Notes under the pieces: generated by a model
The model's database searches: none
Told to the model about the DNA's origin: nothing
The model's input: only the letters and a program-made list of their open reading frames with translations
Shown here: piece by piece, positions 42,428 to 51,031 of the stretch
How positions within the stretch are numbered: the first letter of the stretch is position 1
How the letters are laid out: every line of letters begins with the position of its first letter
Program-made: the position numbers and the translations under genes
NCBI GenBank assembly: GCA_963707505.1
Contig: CAVPQB010000004.1
Span: 1,280,001-1,344,000 of the forward strand
Length of the DNA stretch: 64,000 nt
From: an uncultured Gemmatimonadales bacterium
Lineage (GTDB): Bacteria > Gemmatimonadota > Gemmatimonadetes > Gemmatimonadales > Gemmatimonadaceae
Direction of reading: 5' to 3'

Positions 42428-42755
42428 TCTCGGATTGGTTGTTCAGGGGGGTAAACCTGAGAAAGTTACCCCGACGGCTACCGGCGGGCCAGCGGCGCCG
42501 CATCGCTCGGCGCCCCTGAAAAATCCGGATCGACGATCTACGGCTTTTTCAGGAGTTCGCTATCCGGTGCATGCCCGGCCAGGCGGTTGACGCATGCGGA
42601 CCTGACGGTCGGGATGGAAACCGCTCGATCTCTGGGCAGGGTGAAGCCGCCCGGATCGGTGGTCGGGACGGGCGCGGGCGCCGCCACGGGCATGTTACAG
42701 GAAGCTGCGGGGTTCGGCGTGGCGCCAGTCCGGCGCGTGTCCTAGTTTCATCTGC

Positions 42756-43187
42756 ATGCGGACTGCGTGCTCCAGAATGGTTCTCCGGGTCGCTCAGATC
42801 GCCGCGCTGACCATGTGTGCGACGGCGCCACGCGTGACTGCGGCACAGGGAACGTGGACCGGCGTCGGTGCGATCAACGGAACGGTGATGTACATGGACA
42901 CGACCACCATCGTGCGCTCAGGCAATCTGCGCAAGGTGTGGGTCAGATCCATCGATTCAGCTCCCAAGTCCTTTGTCGCGGGCAAGGACACGCTCGACTT
43001 CGATACTGTGATCGGACTGAACGTGTTCGATTGCTCAAAACACACGCGTACCGTTACCACCGTAACGTATTTGCTGGGGAACGACATAATCTTCAACGTC
43101 CCGGAGACGCACGACAAACCCGAGCAGTTGAAGCCGCGAAGTTTTTTCGACGCGGTGTATAGCGATCTGTGCGGGGTGCGCCGGTAG
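42756..43187 (+). CDS. Secreted hypothetical protein (adhesin-E-like pattern)
   Basis: Signal peptide; W......Y.D...I.R.G...KVW, FDC and a terminal C; start may be 42777. Confidence 0.65.
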   Translation: MRTACSRMVLRVAQIAALTMCATAPRVTAAQGTWTGVGAINGTVMYMDTTTIVRSGNLRKVWVRSIDSAPKSFVAGKDTLDFDTVIGLNVFDCSKHTRTVTTVTYLLGNDIIFNVPETHDKPEQLKPRSFFDAVYSDLCGVRR

Positions 43188-43287
43188 CGGGAACGTTCGG
43201 CTCGGCAGCAATCCGGTCTCGTTTGCCCTTAACGTGGCAGGTGCAGATGTCCCCGTGCGGCGAGGATGATGACTTGCAGCTGCAACC

Positions 43288-43686
43288 TCACGCGGTCGCG
43301 CGGAACGGCTCGAAGGGCGAGATGCCGAGCCTCAGCTGCATGCTGTACGCGATGCGATGCGCCAGCTCCTTCATCAGCGACGCCGCCGCGCCCGCGAATC
43401 GCGCATCGACCACGCGCTCCAACGTTGCGACCCAGCGCTCGAAGTGATCGCCGGTGAGACCGGGCATTGCCATGTGCGGACGGAACGCGTTGCCGCTGTA
43501 GCTGCGCGTGTGGAACAACAGAGTGGACCAGAACGCAACTATCTTCGGCATGTGCTCGGACATATCGACTTCCGCGAAATACCGCGCAAGCAGCGGGTCC
43601 GATCCGATTATCGCGTAGAACTCCGTCAGAAGCTCGTAAAGATCCTCGTCGCGGACGTCGCGACGGATCGCGTTCACATCACGCAT
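43288..43686 (-). CDS. Group III truncated haemoglobin
   Basis: EFY..I..DPLL...F, H.PKI..FWS..L, Y.GN....H, HFERW. Confidence 0.9.
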   Translation of the reverse strand: MRDVNAIRRDVRDEDLYELLTEFYAIIGSDPLLARYFAEVDMSEHMPKIVAFWSTLLFHTRSYSGNAFRPHMAMPGLTGDHFERWVATLERVVDARFAGAAASLMKELAHRIAYSMQLRLGISPFEPFRATA

Positions 43687-44075
43687 CAGACGTGCAGCGG
43701 TGCAGCGTCCGCGTTGGTGTTTCCGTGCACCACGGTGAGCAGAAAGACGCAACCGTCCTTCGATGATGCCGCATGCTCCACTCCGCCTGCGAAAACGAGG
43801 ACATCTCCCTTGACGAGATGATACTCGGAATCGATCGCACGAAAGGTTATCTCGCCGTCAGTCACGTGAACCGTGACCGGATTGTCGGCGCTGTGTGCCG
43901 GGAGATCGCCGCCGGGCGGCAACGCCATCAATACAAGGCGAAGCGGGCCTTCCTTCACGAGAGTGCGCGCAGTCCGGTCGCGCTGCGCGAGAAGCTCACG
44001 GTCGATTATGAGCTCATCCTGCGACAGATGATGGACGAGAACCTCACCTTCGATCGTTCTGGTCATCGACGACAT
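43686..44075 (-). CDS. Cupin-domain protein
   Basis: ARTLVK...LRLVL, G..LPAH, G.I.F, L..GD, V.H; stop overlaps the globin start. Confidence 0.82.
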   Translation of the reverse strand: MSSMTRTIEGEVLVHHLSQDELIIDRELLAQRDRTARTLVKEGPLRLVLMALPPGGDLPAHSADNPVTVHVTDGEITFRAIDSEYHLVKGDVLVFAGGVEHAASSKDGCVFLLTVVHGNTNADAAPLHV

Positions 44076-44141
44076 GGGTGCTCCGTGAAAGATGGCGCAG
44101 GCGCGCCGGCCATTGTAATGAATGCCCGGGTGAATTGCTTG

Positions 44142-45323
44142 TCAATCACCGGCAACACACTCGCGAACAAACGCGCGGGTCTCCCCTGCGACGCGATCCC
44201 AGTTGTAATGCGACTCCACCGCTGCGCGTCCGGCCGAGCCCATCCGCGAGCGAAGTTGCGTATCCCGGAGAATGCTTCCGATCGCGGCAGTGGCCGCCCC
44301 AACATCAGTCGGATCCACGACGAAACCCGTCTCCCCATCGCGGACGGCCGCACGCACTCCGCCGGAGTCACCGCCAACAACCGGAATTCCGCTCGCGCCT
44401 GCCTCGACGAACGAAATTCCGAATCCCTCGACATTGATCTCATTGTCGAGACGTGAAAGACCGACGTAAACAGTGGACGTCGCATAGGCATCGGCGAGAC
44501 CATCGTCGCTCATCTGTCCGACAAAGTGAACCCGGTCGGCAACACGCAACGTCTCCGCGAGCGAGCGCAAGCGGGATTCGTCGTCGCCTGTTCCGACTAT
44601 CGCGTAATGCAGCGTCGGAAATTCCGGCTGCAACGCCGCGAGCGCCTTGATCGCAACATCCTGTCCCTTATGTGGAACAAGGCGCGCCACTGATAACATG
44701 ATGAGGGCATCGCTGAGCGCCAGCTGAGTGCGCAGGCGGCCGCTGTCAGCCGACGGCGAGAACCGCAGAGGGTCCGTCCCGAGATCGATCGCTGCAACGG
44801 GCGGCGGACTTGTGATTCCGATCTCTCCCATGATGTCGCGCGTGAGCGACGCCGACCATTCGGAATTGGCGACGATCCCGGCTGCGTCGCTCAGCAGACG
44901 GTACGCACTTATCCGTTTGCTCCAGTGTGCCGCAGTCTTCCGTCGCTCGCGCAGCAGGTCTCCGCCGTTCACGTATATCACGTATGGGACCGCTGTCCGT
45001 TTGTGCGCCCACCATACTGCGTAACCCACGGGACGAATCTCCCCGCAGTGAATCACGTCGATGCCGGTTGTGCAGCGCCGCGCAAGCCAGCGCCCCCAAC
45101 GTATCTCGTTCGCGAACAACTTCGCCGATGAGAACGGAAATTCCTGCCGGTCGACGTGGTACGCTTCCCGAGCATCGAGCGCCGCAGAATCATCGCACGC
45201 GACTGTGGACACATCCATCGGCTCACCGTACCGACGAACCAGCTCCGCGTGCCGTCGCGCCATTCCGCCGCCGATGGGGGGGAAGTTCTGCGTTACGAAA
45301 ACATTGGTTAGCGGTTCCGTCAT
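44142..45323 (-). CDS. Glycosyltransferase family 4
   Basis: FPP..GG, VARLVPHKG, EGFGISFVEA, GGDSGG. Confidence 0.92.
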   Translation of the reverse strand: MTEPLTNVFVTQNFPPIGGGMARRHAELVRRYGEPMDVSTVACDDSAALDAREAYHVDRQEFPFSSAKLFANEIRWGRWLARRCTTGIDVIHCGEIRPVGYAVWWAHKRTAVPYVIYVNGGDLLRERRKTAAHWSKRISAYRLLSDAAGIVANSEWSASLTRDIMGEIGITSPPPVAAIDLGTDPLRFSPSADSGRLRTQLALSDALIMLSVARLVPHKGQDVAIKALAALQPEFPTLHYAIVGTGDDESRLRSLAETLRVADRVHFVGQMSDDGLADAYATSTVYVGLSRLDNEINVEGFGISFVEAGASGIPVVGGDSGGVRAAVRDGETGFVVDPTDVGAATAAIGSILRDTQLRSRMGSAGRAAVESHYNWDRVAGETRAFVRECVAGD

Positions 45324-46483
45324 CCAGCGGTGCGCTGCTGGAACCCGAGATCGGAGTGCTGCATCGCGTCACGGTCGGATGGCAGCTCGCACAGCCGCAG
45401 CACCGCGGGCAAAACCTCTTCCACACCCAACCGCGAGATCGTGTCCCCGCTCCAGCATATCACCTCGCCACCAACGTCCCACGGTGCGTACGGCCAGCAG
45501 TCGCCTCGAAGCAATACCACTGCGGGTTTGTTGAACGCACTTGCGGCGTGCGAGATGCTGGTGTCCGGCGTGAAGACGTGGTCACTCGTCGCAACCAGGG
45601 CCAGCGCATCACGCAGCTCGGGCGTTTCTGTCGCCTCCCCGTTTACTGCCCTCGCAACCGTCGTCACGCTCTCCCAATCATCGGGAAGTCCGATCACGAC
45701 GATCGGCATGGCGGGATGCGCATCGCGGGCAGCGCGAAGTACTGTCACGAAGCGATCGTCGGGCCACCGGCGCTTCTGCTCGGATGCCGACAGATTCACC
45801 AACAACCGAGACTCGCACGAGATCGTGCGCACGCAATCGGAGCCCAGTCGTGCCTCCGCGCGTCTCCACGCGCCTTCGGCGCCATCCATCTCCTCACGGG
45901 ATAGAAACAACTGCGGACGCCAGTCGAATCGATCGACGTCCACGCCGAAAGGTTCTGCGAGCGCCCGTGAGCCGTCTATATAGTGTTCGCGTCTGTCGTA
46001 TGGCTGCACGCGAACGTTGTAGATGAGATCATTGTTGCCGCCACCAACGCCGACACGATACTTCGCCCGAGCAGCGAGCATGAGCAACGGAGTCGAAGTG
46101 AACGTTTTGGGATTGTTGATGCGGCCATCCACGATCACGTCGTAATGCTCGGCCGCCAGCTCGCGGGCGAGCGTGCGATAGCTGCGCCAGCTTTTCCGAT
46201 CCAGCGTGAAGACCCGGCGTACGTAGGGATTGCGATCAAGTACCGGGGACGTGTTGGGCGCCGCTACGACGTCCAGAGTAACAAATGGGGACGACTGAGC
46301 CAGGGCTCGTATCATTCCCGTGGCCATGATCATGTCGCCGATACGCTCATACCTCAGAAATAGTACCTTGAGCGGGCGCGATTTGACGTCCGGAAGCGTG
46401 GTCTCACGCCGTCCGGGGAGCAGCCGGGCTATGCCGCGCATCCACGCAAGACGCCATGCACGCTCGACGCCTCTCAACTCCAT
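45320..46483 (-). CDS. Glycosyltransferase family 9 (heptosyltransferase-like)
   Basis: RIGDMI, RRWP..RF, TPDTSISHAASA. Confidence 0.88.
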   Translation of the reverse strand: MELRGVERAWRLAWMRGIARLLPGRRETTLPDVKSRPLKVLFLRYERIGDMIMATGMIRALAQSSPFVTLDVVAAPNTSPVLDRNPYVRRVFTLDRKSWRSYRTLARELAAEHYDVIVDGRINNPKTFTSTPLLMLAARAKYRVGVGGGNNDLIYNVRVQPYDRREHYIDGSRALAEPFGVDVDRFDWRPQLFLSREEMDGAEGAWRRAEARLGSDCVRTISCESRLLVNLSASEQKRRWPDDRFVTVLRAARDAHPAMPIVVIGLPDDWESVTTVARAVNGEATETPELRDALALVATSDHVFTPDTSISHAASAFNKPAVVLLRGDCWPYAPWDVGGEVICWSGDTISRLGVEEVLPAVLRLCELPSDRDAMQHSDLGFQQRTAG

Positions 46484-46620
46484 CTACTGCACTCCTGTGG
46501 CCTCAATCGATCCTCTGACGACGCATCGACGATGCCATTGCCGCGCACCGCGACTCCGGACGCGCGACCGGCGACTACAACCAAACATCGCCAAACATCG
46601 TATGAGTGATAGCGTACTTA

Positions 46621-46706
46621 TGCCCAGAGCGAGACTCGAACTCGCACGATCATCGCTGATCGGGGGATTTTGAGTCCCCTGCGTCTACCGATTCCGCCAT
46701 CCGGGC
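46621..46706 (-). tRNA. tRNA-Leu(CAA), CCA not encoded
   Basis: GCCCGGA acceptor stem pairs with TCTGGGC-A; D-arm GGCGGAATCGGTAGACGC; anticodon arm GGGGA-CTCAAAA-TCCCC; long variable arm; GTTCGAGT T-loop. Confidence 0.96.
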
Positions 46707-46950
46707 CGACCGGCAAATTTACCCGTTTCACTCTTAGCGTACAACCGACACACCGAAACGAAAAACTCTCGTGTTCCGTTCCTGCGGCTTCCATCCAGCG
46801 CATCAGTTGGTGGCTTGGACACAGCACCCTGCAGCAGATGATAATCGACAGCGATCGGTGAGGACTACATCCCGAACGATTCCGCGGCCAGGGACGTGGC
46901 CGGAGCGCAACATGGCCTCCGGCTCGATGCCGCTCTGACCCCTCCTGTCC

Positions 46951-47826
46951 CTACGGAATGGTGATCGGCAGCACCATTCCATGCGCGAAGTGCGGTTTTC
47001 CGTCACCCGTATCGAATACGAAGCACAGCAGCATGTAATTGCCAGACGTGAGTTCGGCAGTGAAATACGCTGGGCCGGCCGCCGGTGAAATGATCGCGAC
47101 TCCGCCAAGCGCGGCGCGGGGCGGCGGACCGTTCTGCGCCTGCAACCACGCAAGCATGTCCGCCGCGGTCTTTCCCGGCGCCAGTCGAATCAGCTCCAGC
47201 TCGTGTGGCTGTTCGTCCGGGTTGACCACCTTGAACGTGTGAGTTCCGGCCGTAAGAGGCGCCGATAGCTTGAATGCATAGTTATCCATCGTCACGGTCT
47301 CGTCGGCGACCGGCGCAGCGGCGGTTCGTGACGTGGAGCCAGAGGCAGTCACCGTGAGTGGCTGTATCATCCCTTTCAGGAAGTGCGGGATACCACCCGG
47401 CACATTGACGACGCAGAGAATGGCGTAGTTGCCGGCAGCCAGGTTCAGTGTGGCGTTTCCGGTCAGTCCCGGATCTACTGCGTTGGGGCCTCCGAGCTGT
47501 ACTACCCACCCTGGCAAGCTCCCGGGCAGGTTCAGCGCCGCCTTGAGATCCGTCATCGTCCTTCCGCTGTCCAGTCGGACGATCTGCGCCTGATGCAGCG
47601 CCGGCCCGTCATTGACGAAGTTGAGGGTGGTCATGCCGGCCGGTATCGTGGCTGGCGCGTCGTACGAGAAATCGGCCCCGTGAATCGTTACGACGTTGGC
47701 CACCGGCGCGGGACCGGCCGCATCGCTGCTGCACGCACCGCCAGCCAGCACCGCCGCGGCGATTGCAACAGCTGCTGCCGATGCCGCTATCTTGTAGCGG
47801 AATTGCTGCCTGAACGAGCCTTTCAT
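46951..47826 (-). CDS. Lipoprotein with two cupredoxin-like domains
   Basis: Lipobox AGGAC; two repeats of H...G.Y...C-x9/10-H-x4-M. Confidence 0.75.
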   Translation of the reverse strand: MKGSFRQQFRYKIAASAAAVAIAAAVLAGGACSSDAAGPAPVANVVTIHGADFSYDAPATIPAGMTTLNFVNDGPALHQAQIVRLDSGRTMTDLKAALNLPGSLPGWVVQLGGPNAVDPGLTGNATLNLAAGNYAILCVVNVPGGIPHFLKGMIQPLTVTASGSTSRTAAAPVADETVTMDNYAFKLSAPLTAGTHTFKVVNPDEQPHELELIRLAPGKTAADMLAWLQAQNGPPPRAALGGVAIISPAAGPAYFTAELTSGNYMLLCFVFDTGDGKPHFAHGMVLPITIP

Positions 47827-47877
47827 GATCGACTCCGGTTTGTGGTTTTACTACGCTGGCGGCACGCTCGCGCCTTT

Positions 47878-47895
47878 ATGGCACTGTAGTGTCAT
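47878..47895. promoter_or_regulatory. Probable TetR operator
   Basis: ATGGCACT-GT-AGTGTCAT palindrome (1 mismatch) in the AT-rich divergent intergenic region. Confidence 0.6.
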
Positions 47896-47920
47896 TATGC
47901 CCTAGTATTATACTTATCGA

Positions 47921-48598
47921 ATGACGTTGTCAAGAGCCGTGTCCGAAACACCCGAAACGCCTGCCGCGCCTGCCGGGCCAACCGGGCGCGAGCGTCAGAA
48001 AGGACGCACCCGCAAGGCGCTACTCGCAGCCGCGATAGATCTGCTCGCGGCAGGGCAAACGCCGTCGATAACCGAAGTCGCCGACGCGGCGGAGATCTCG
48101 CGCCGCACGGCGTATCGTTACTTCCCGACGCAGGAACAGCTGCTGGTCGAAGCAGCGCTCGAAGGTCTTCGTCCGGGCATTGTAGACGCGGTCGAGACAC
48201 CGGATAGCGGTCAGCCAGACGACGTCGCGGCGCGGCTGGATCGTACGGTGCTCGCGCTTCAGCGCGGAGCCGTGGCCAATGAACAGCTTCTGCGAACGAT
48301 GATCCGCCTCACCGTTTCGCGCCAACCGTCCACCGATGATGGCGGCGTCACCGAGCCGCGGAGGGGCTATCGCCGGATCGAATGGATCGAGCTCGCGCTC
48401 GCACCGGTGCGAAAGGAGTTGGGAAGGAAGCGCTACGAGCGTCTCGTCAGCGCCCTCACTGTGTGTCTTGGTATCGACGCGTTGATCGTCCTGCGCGATT
48501 TACGCGGACTGTCCGAGGCCGAAGCGGAAGCGGTTTCGCTGTGGACCGCGCGCGCTTTACTGCGAGCCAGTCTTGCCGAGAAGTCCGGGGGATTTTGA
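47921..48598 (+). CDS. TetR/AcrR family regulator
   Basis: RTRKALLAAA, SITEVADAAEISRRTAYRYFPT..LL. Confidence 0.93.
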   Translation: MTLSRAVSETPETPAAPAGPTGRERQKGRTRKALLAAAIDLLAAGQTPSITEVADAAEISRRTAYRYFPTQEQLLVEAALEGLRPGIVDAVETPDSGQPDDVAARLDRTVLALQRGAVANEQLLRTMIRLTVSRQPSTDDGGVTEPRRGYRRIEWIELALAPVRKELGRKRYERLVSALTVCLGIDALIVLRDLRGLSEAEAEAVSLWTARALLRASLAEKSGGF

Positions 48599-48631
48599 GT
48601 CCCCCGCAGCCATCGATTCGACCGTCAGGGC
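48586..48631 (-). repeat. Degenerate direct repeat of the tRNA-Leu 5' half (att-like scar)
   Basis: Ungapped 37/46 identity to 46661-46706, including 19 consecutive identical bases across the anticodon arm. Confidence 0.85.
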
Positions 48632-49830
48632 TGAGTATCCTGCCGCGACACATGCAACTCTGTCGATAGCCGGCCGCGCGGTTTCACTGGAGCCCCAAAT
48701 AGCTGTTCCCGTCTCACTCCGTCCGGCGCTCGGCCCACAAACCTGAGTACGCGCATCGACTGAATCTCGGTCGCAACGAACGCCCTGCTGTCGGGTGCAG
48801 GAGTGCTGTATCGTTGCGTCGATGAAATCGTATCCGGAAGCGCGATTCTCGGCAGTACTTCACGATACGTCGTTCTCACCTCCAGATGGCCATAGCCAGG
48901 CGCTACGTTGCCCGCGTGGGTAAGTCGCACCACGGCGCTCCGCACGACGAACGTGAGGCTGTCCAGCGTCACCGTGCCCTCGACATCGGGCGCAGTGAGC
49001 GTCGCGAGCGGACGGAAGTTGATGTCATAGTTACCCGATTCGGCGACGCCGTAATCGAAGCAGTGAGTTGCAAGAAAGGTGCTGTCCGCGAAGTCGAGAG
49101 TCGATGGCAGTCGCATGCGCTCCCACGCGCCGCGCGGATCGGTCCGGTCGGTGAAGATTGTATTTCCGCGCCCGTACGGCATGAGCGCGTCGCTGCGATA
49201 GCCAAGTGTGTCGATCACCGAGAGCGCAGAGTCCGGTGAGCCAACGGGGGTGCTGGTCTGCACGTCCTCGACTGTGTACTCGAACGGATATGACCGTCTG
49301 AGCAGCAGCTCGCGGTCCGCATTCTGACGCACATCCGCCATGAACTCGCCGAGTATCGGAGTGGCGGTGCTATCGACGCCGGGAGTAGTGCACGTCTGCG
49401 GTGCGCGCACCATGACGTCGGTGAGCTTGATCGTCACCGCCTTCATGACGACGACGAGCGTGGACGGTGGTGAGCGCTCGGAAATATCAACCGCGGTATC
49501 ATGCGCCGCGAAGCCTAGCTGGCGGACGAGAACGTGATATCGTCCGGCCGCGACCTTGAAGGAGAAATGGCCCGCTTCGTCCGCAAAATGCCGCGCGTGC
49601 GCTTCCACGAGCTCGACGCTGCTGTACGGCGCAGGCGAAGTGGAATCCTGACGCACGATCGTGCCGCGGAAGATGATCGTCGTCGGAGCCGGCGCGGGAT
49701 GCGTGTGTGCGCGCTGCGCGAGCGACGGAGTGGCCACGCCGCACAACGCCGCGGACGCGCCGAGCACAGCGGCGAGCACAGCGGCGAGGGATCTACGGGG
49801 GCGATCCGAACCCGTACGTACGAACGTCAC
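48625..49830 (-). CDS. Secreted carboxypeptidase-regulatory-like domain protein
   Basis: Signal peptide; G.I......P.....V.L......ADEAG.F......GRY...VRQLGF; later HCF and DVEGTVTLD. Confidence 0.7.
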   Translation of the reverse strand: MTFVRTGSDRPRRSLAAVLAAVLGASAALCGVATPSLAQRAHTHPAPAPTTIIFRGTIVRQDSTSPAPYSSVELVEAHARHFADEAGHFSFKVAAGRYHVLVRQLGFAAHDTAVDISERSPPSTLVVVMKAVTIKLTDVMVRAPQTCTTPGVDSTATPILGEFMADVRQNADRELLLRRSYPFEYTVEDVQTSTPVGSPDSALSVIDTLGYRSDALMPYGRGNTIFTDRTDPRGAWERMRLPSTLDFADSTFLATHCFDYGVAESGNYDINFRPLATLTAPDVEGTVTLDSLTFVVRSAVVRLTHAGNVAPGYGHLEVRTTYREVLPRIALPDTISSTQRYSTPAPDSRAFVATEIQSMRVLRFVGRAPDGVRREQLFGAPVKPRGRLSTELHVSRQDTQP

Positions 49831-49840
49831 GCACTCACCG

Positions 49841-50998
49841 TCACTTCACTAGAATGACTCGCTGCAGCAAGCCGGGTGTGGTTCCAATGGTTCCACCGGG
49901 GTCGTTAGCGATGGTGAAGTGTCCGGTGATCACTCCATTGGGCGTGCCGGTGAGCGGTGGATAGTCGATCACCGCGGCGCCGATCGTTACGACCTTGTAG
50001 CAGACATTCGTACCCGTCGTCTGGCCGGAGCAGCCGCTGCCATCCGTTGCGGGCTTGTCTCTCGGGTACGTTGCTCCGGGATCGGTAGTCGGATCATCGT
50101 ACAACGCGAATTTCATCGTGCACGGCGTGTTGTTCGTGCAGAACGTCTTTACTCCCTGTTTCGTCTGGCCGACGATGTTACCGGTCTGAACGTCGACGTT
50201 GTCTCCTGCGCCGATTGCATAGGCTTCGCTGCAGTTGGCCGCAAGTTCGTTGCCATATGTGTTGCCGCCACGATCACCGGGCTGCAATCCGATGATGTTG
50301 AAGCTCCCGGGTGTATTGGCCGTGTTGGGACAAGTCGCGTGGCCAGTCGATCCGTCCTTGAGGCAGAAGATCAGCTGCGACGCATTGTTGTGCAGCGTGG
50401 TGTAATCGATTCCGTCCAGCACGCGCAGAGGATTGCGCGCAACGCCGCCGCGGAAGGGATCGAGTGCGGCCAGAAGCAGCGAATAGTCAACTGCGAGCGG
50501 CTTGATGCACGTCGTCTTATCCACTGTCGGAGCGACCCATGCTGCAGCCACGGCAGCGACATTTCCGTTGGTCGCGTTGAGAAGCGTAGCGAATACATAG
50601 CTCGTCGGATCGCTGCCCGTGACCTGCACCGCGTTGTCGGTCGAAACGCACGGAAGCGCGTGTGGCGAGCCTGCGTGCCACGTGTTTGGTGTCGCCCCAT
50701 TGACTGGCAGGCCATCCCACTGACCGCACGTGACCTCCCCGACAACGAGCGACGCGCTGTTCGTCAGTATGCGGTTCCTGTTTCCGGTAGCAACGGCGGA
50801 ATCAGCCACATGATTCGTAGTCACCGAGAGCTGCACTGCACCCGACAGCGCCGCGGCATCCGATGCCGTCTGAAGCTCGTTCTTCTGCACGTACACCCGA
50901 CTCAGGTCTATCACGAACGCAAGCATGAGCACCAGTGTGGCGACCGCAAATGCGGCCAGAATCATGATCGCACCCCTTCTGCTCTTCAAGCTCGGCAT
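49841..50998 (-). CDS. TadG-like pilus-associated protein (paralog 2)
   Basis: RRGAIMIL..., FVIDLSRVYVQKNELQTASDAAALSGA Tad N-terminal motif. Confidence 0.82.
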   Translation of the reverse strand: MPSLKSRRGAIMILAAFAVATLVLMLAFVIDLSRVYVQKNELQTASDAAALSGAVQLSVTTNHVADSAVATGNRNRILTNSASLVVGEVTCGQWDGLPVNGATPNTWHAGSPHALPCVSTDNAVQVTGSDPTSYVFATLLNATNGNVAAVAAAWVAPTVDKTTCIKPLAVDYSLLLAALDPFRGGVARNPLRVLDGIDYTTLHNNASQLIFCLKDGSTGHATCPNTANTPGSFNIIGLQPGDRGGNTYGNELAANCSEAYAIGAGDNVDVQTGNIVGQTKQGVKTFCTNNTPCTMKFALYDDPTTDPGATYPRDKPATDGSGCSGQTTGTNVCYKVVTIGAAVIDYPPLTGTPNGVITGHFTIANDPGGTIGTTPGLLQRVILVK

Positions 50999-51031
50999 GA
51001 GGCCTCCGATGCGGCCCGGGTAATCGAACCG

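Noticed and set aside
46581..46600. CCAAACATCG tandem duplication downstream of tRNA-Leu
   Set aside because: Only two copies and no spacers; not CRISPR-like, and no tRNA 3'-end repeat found to support an att site on this side
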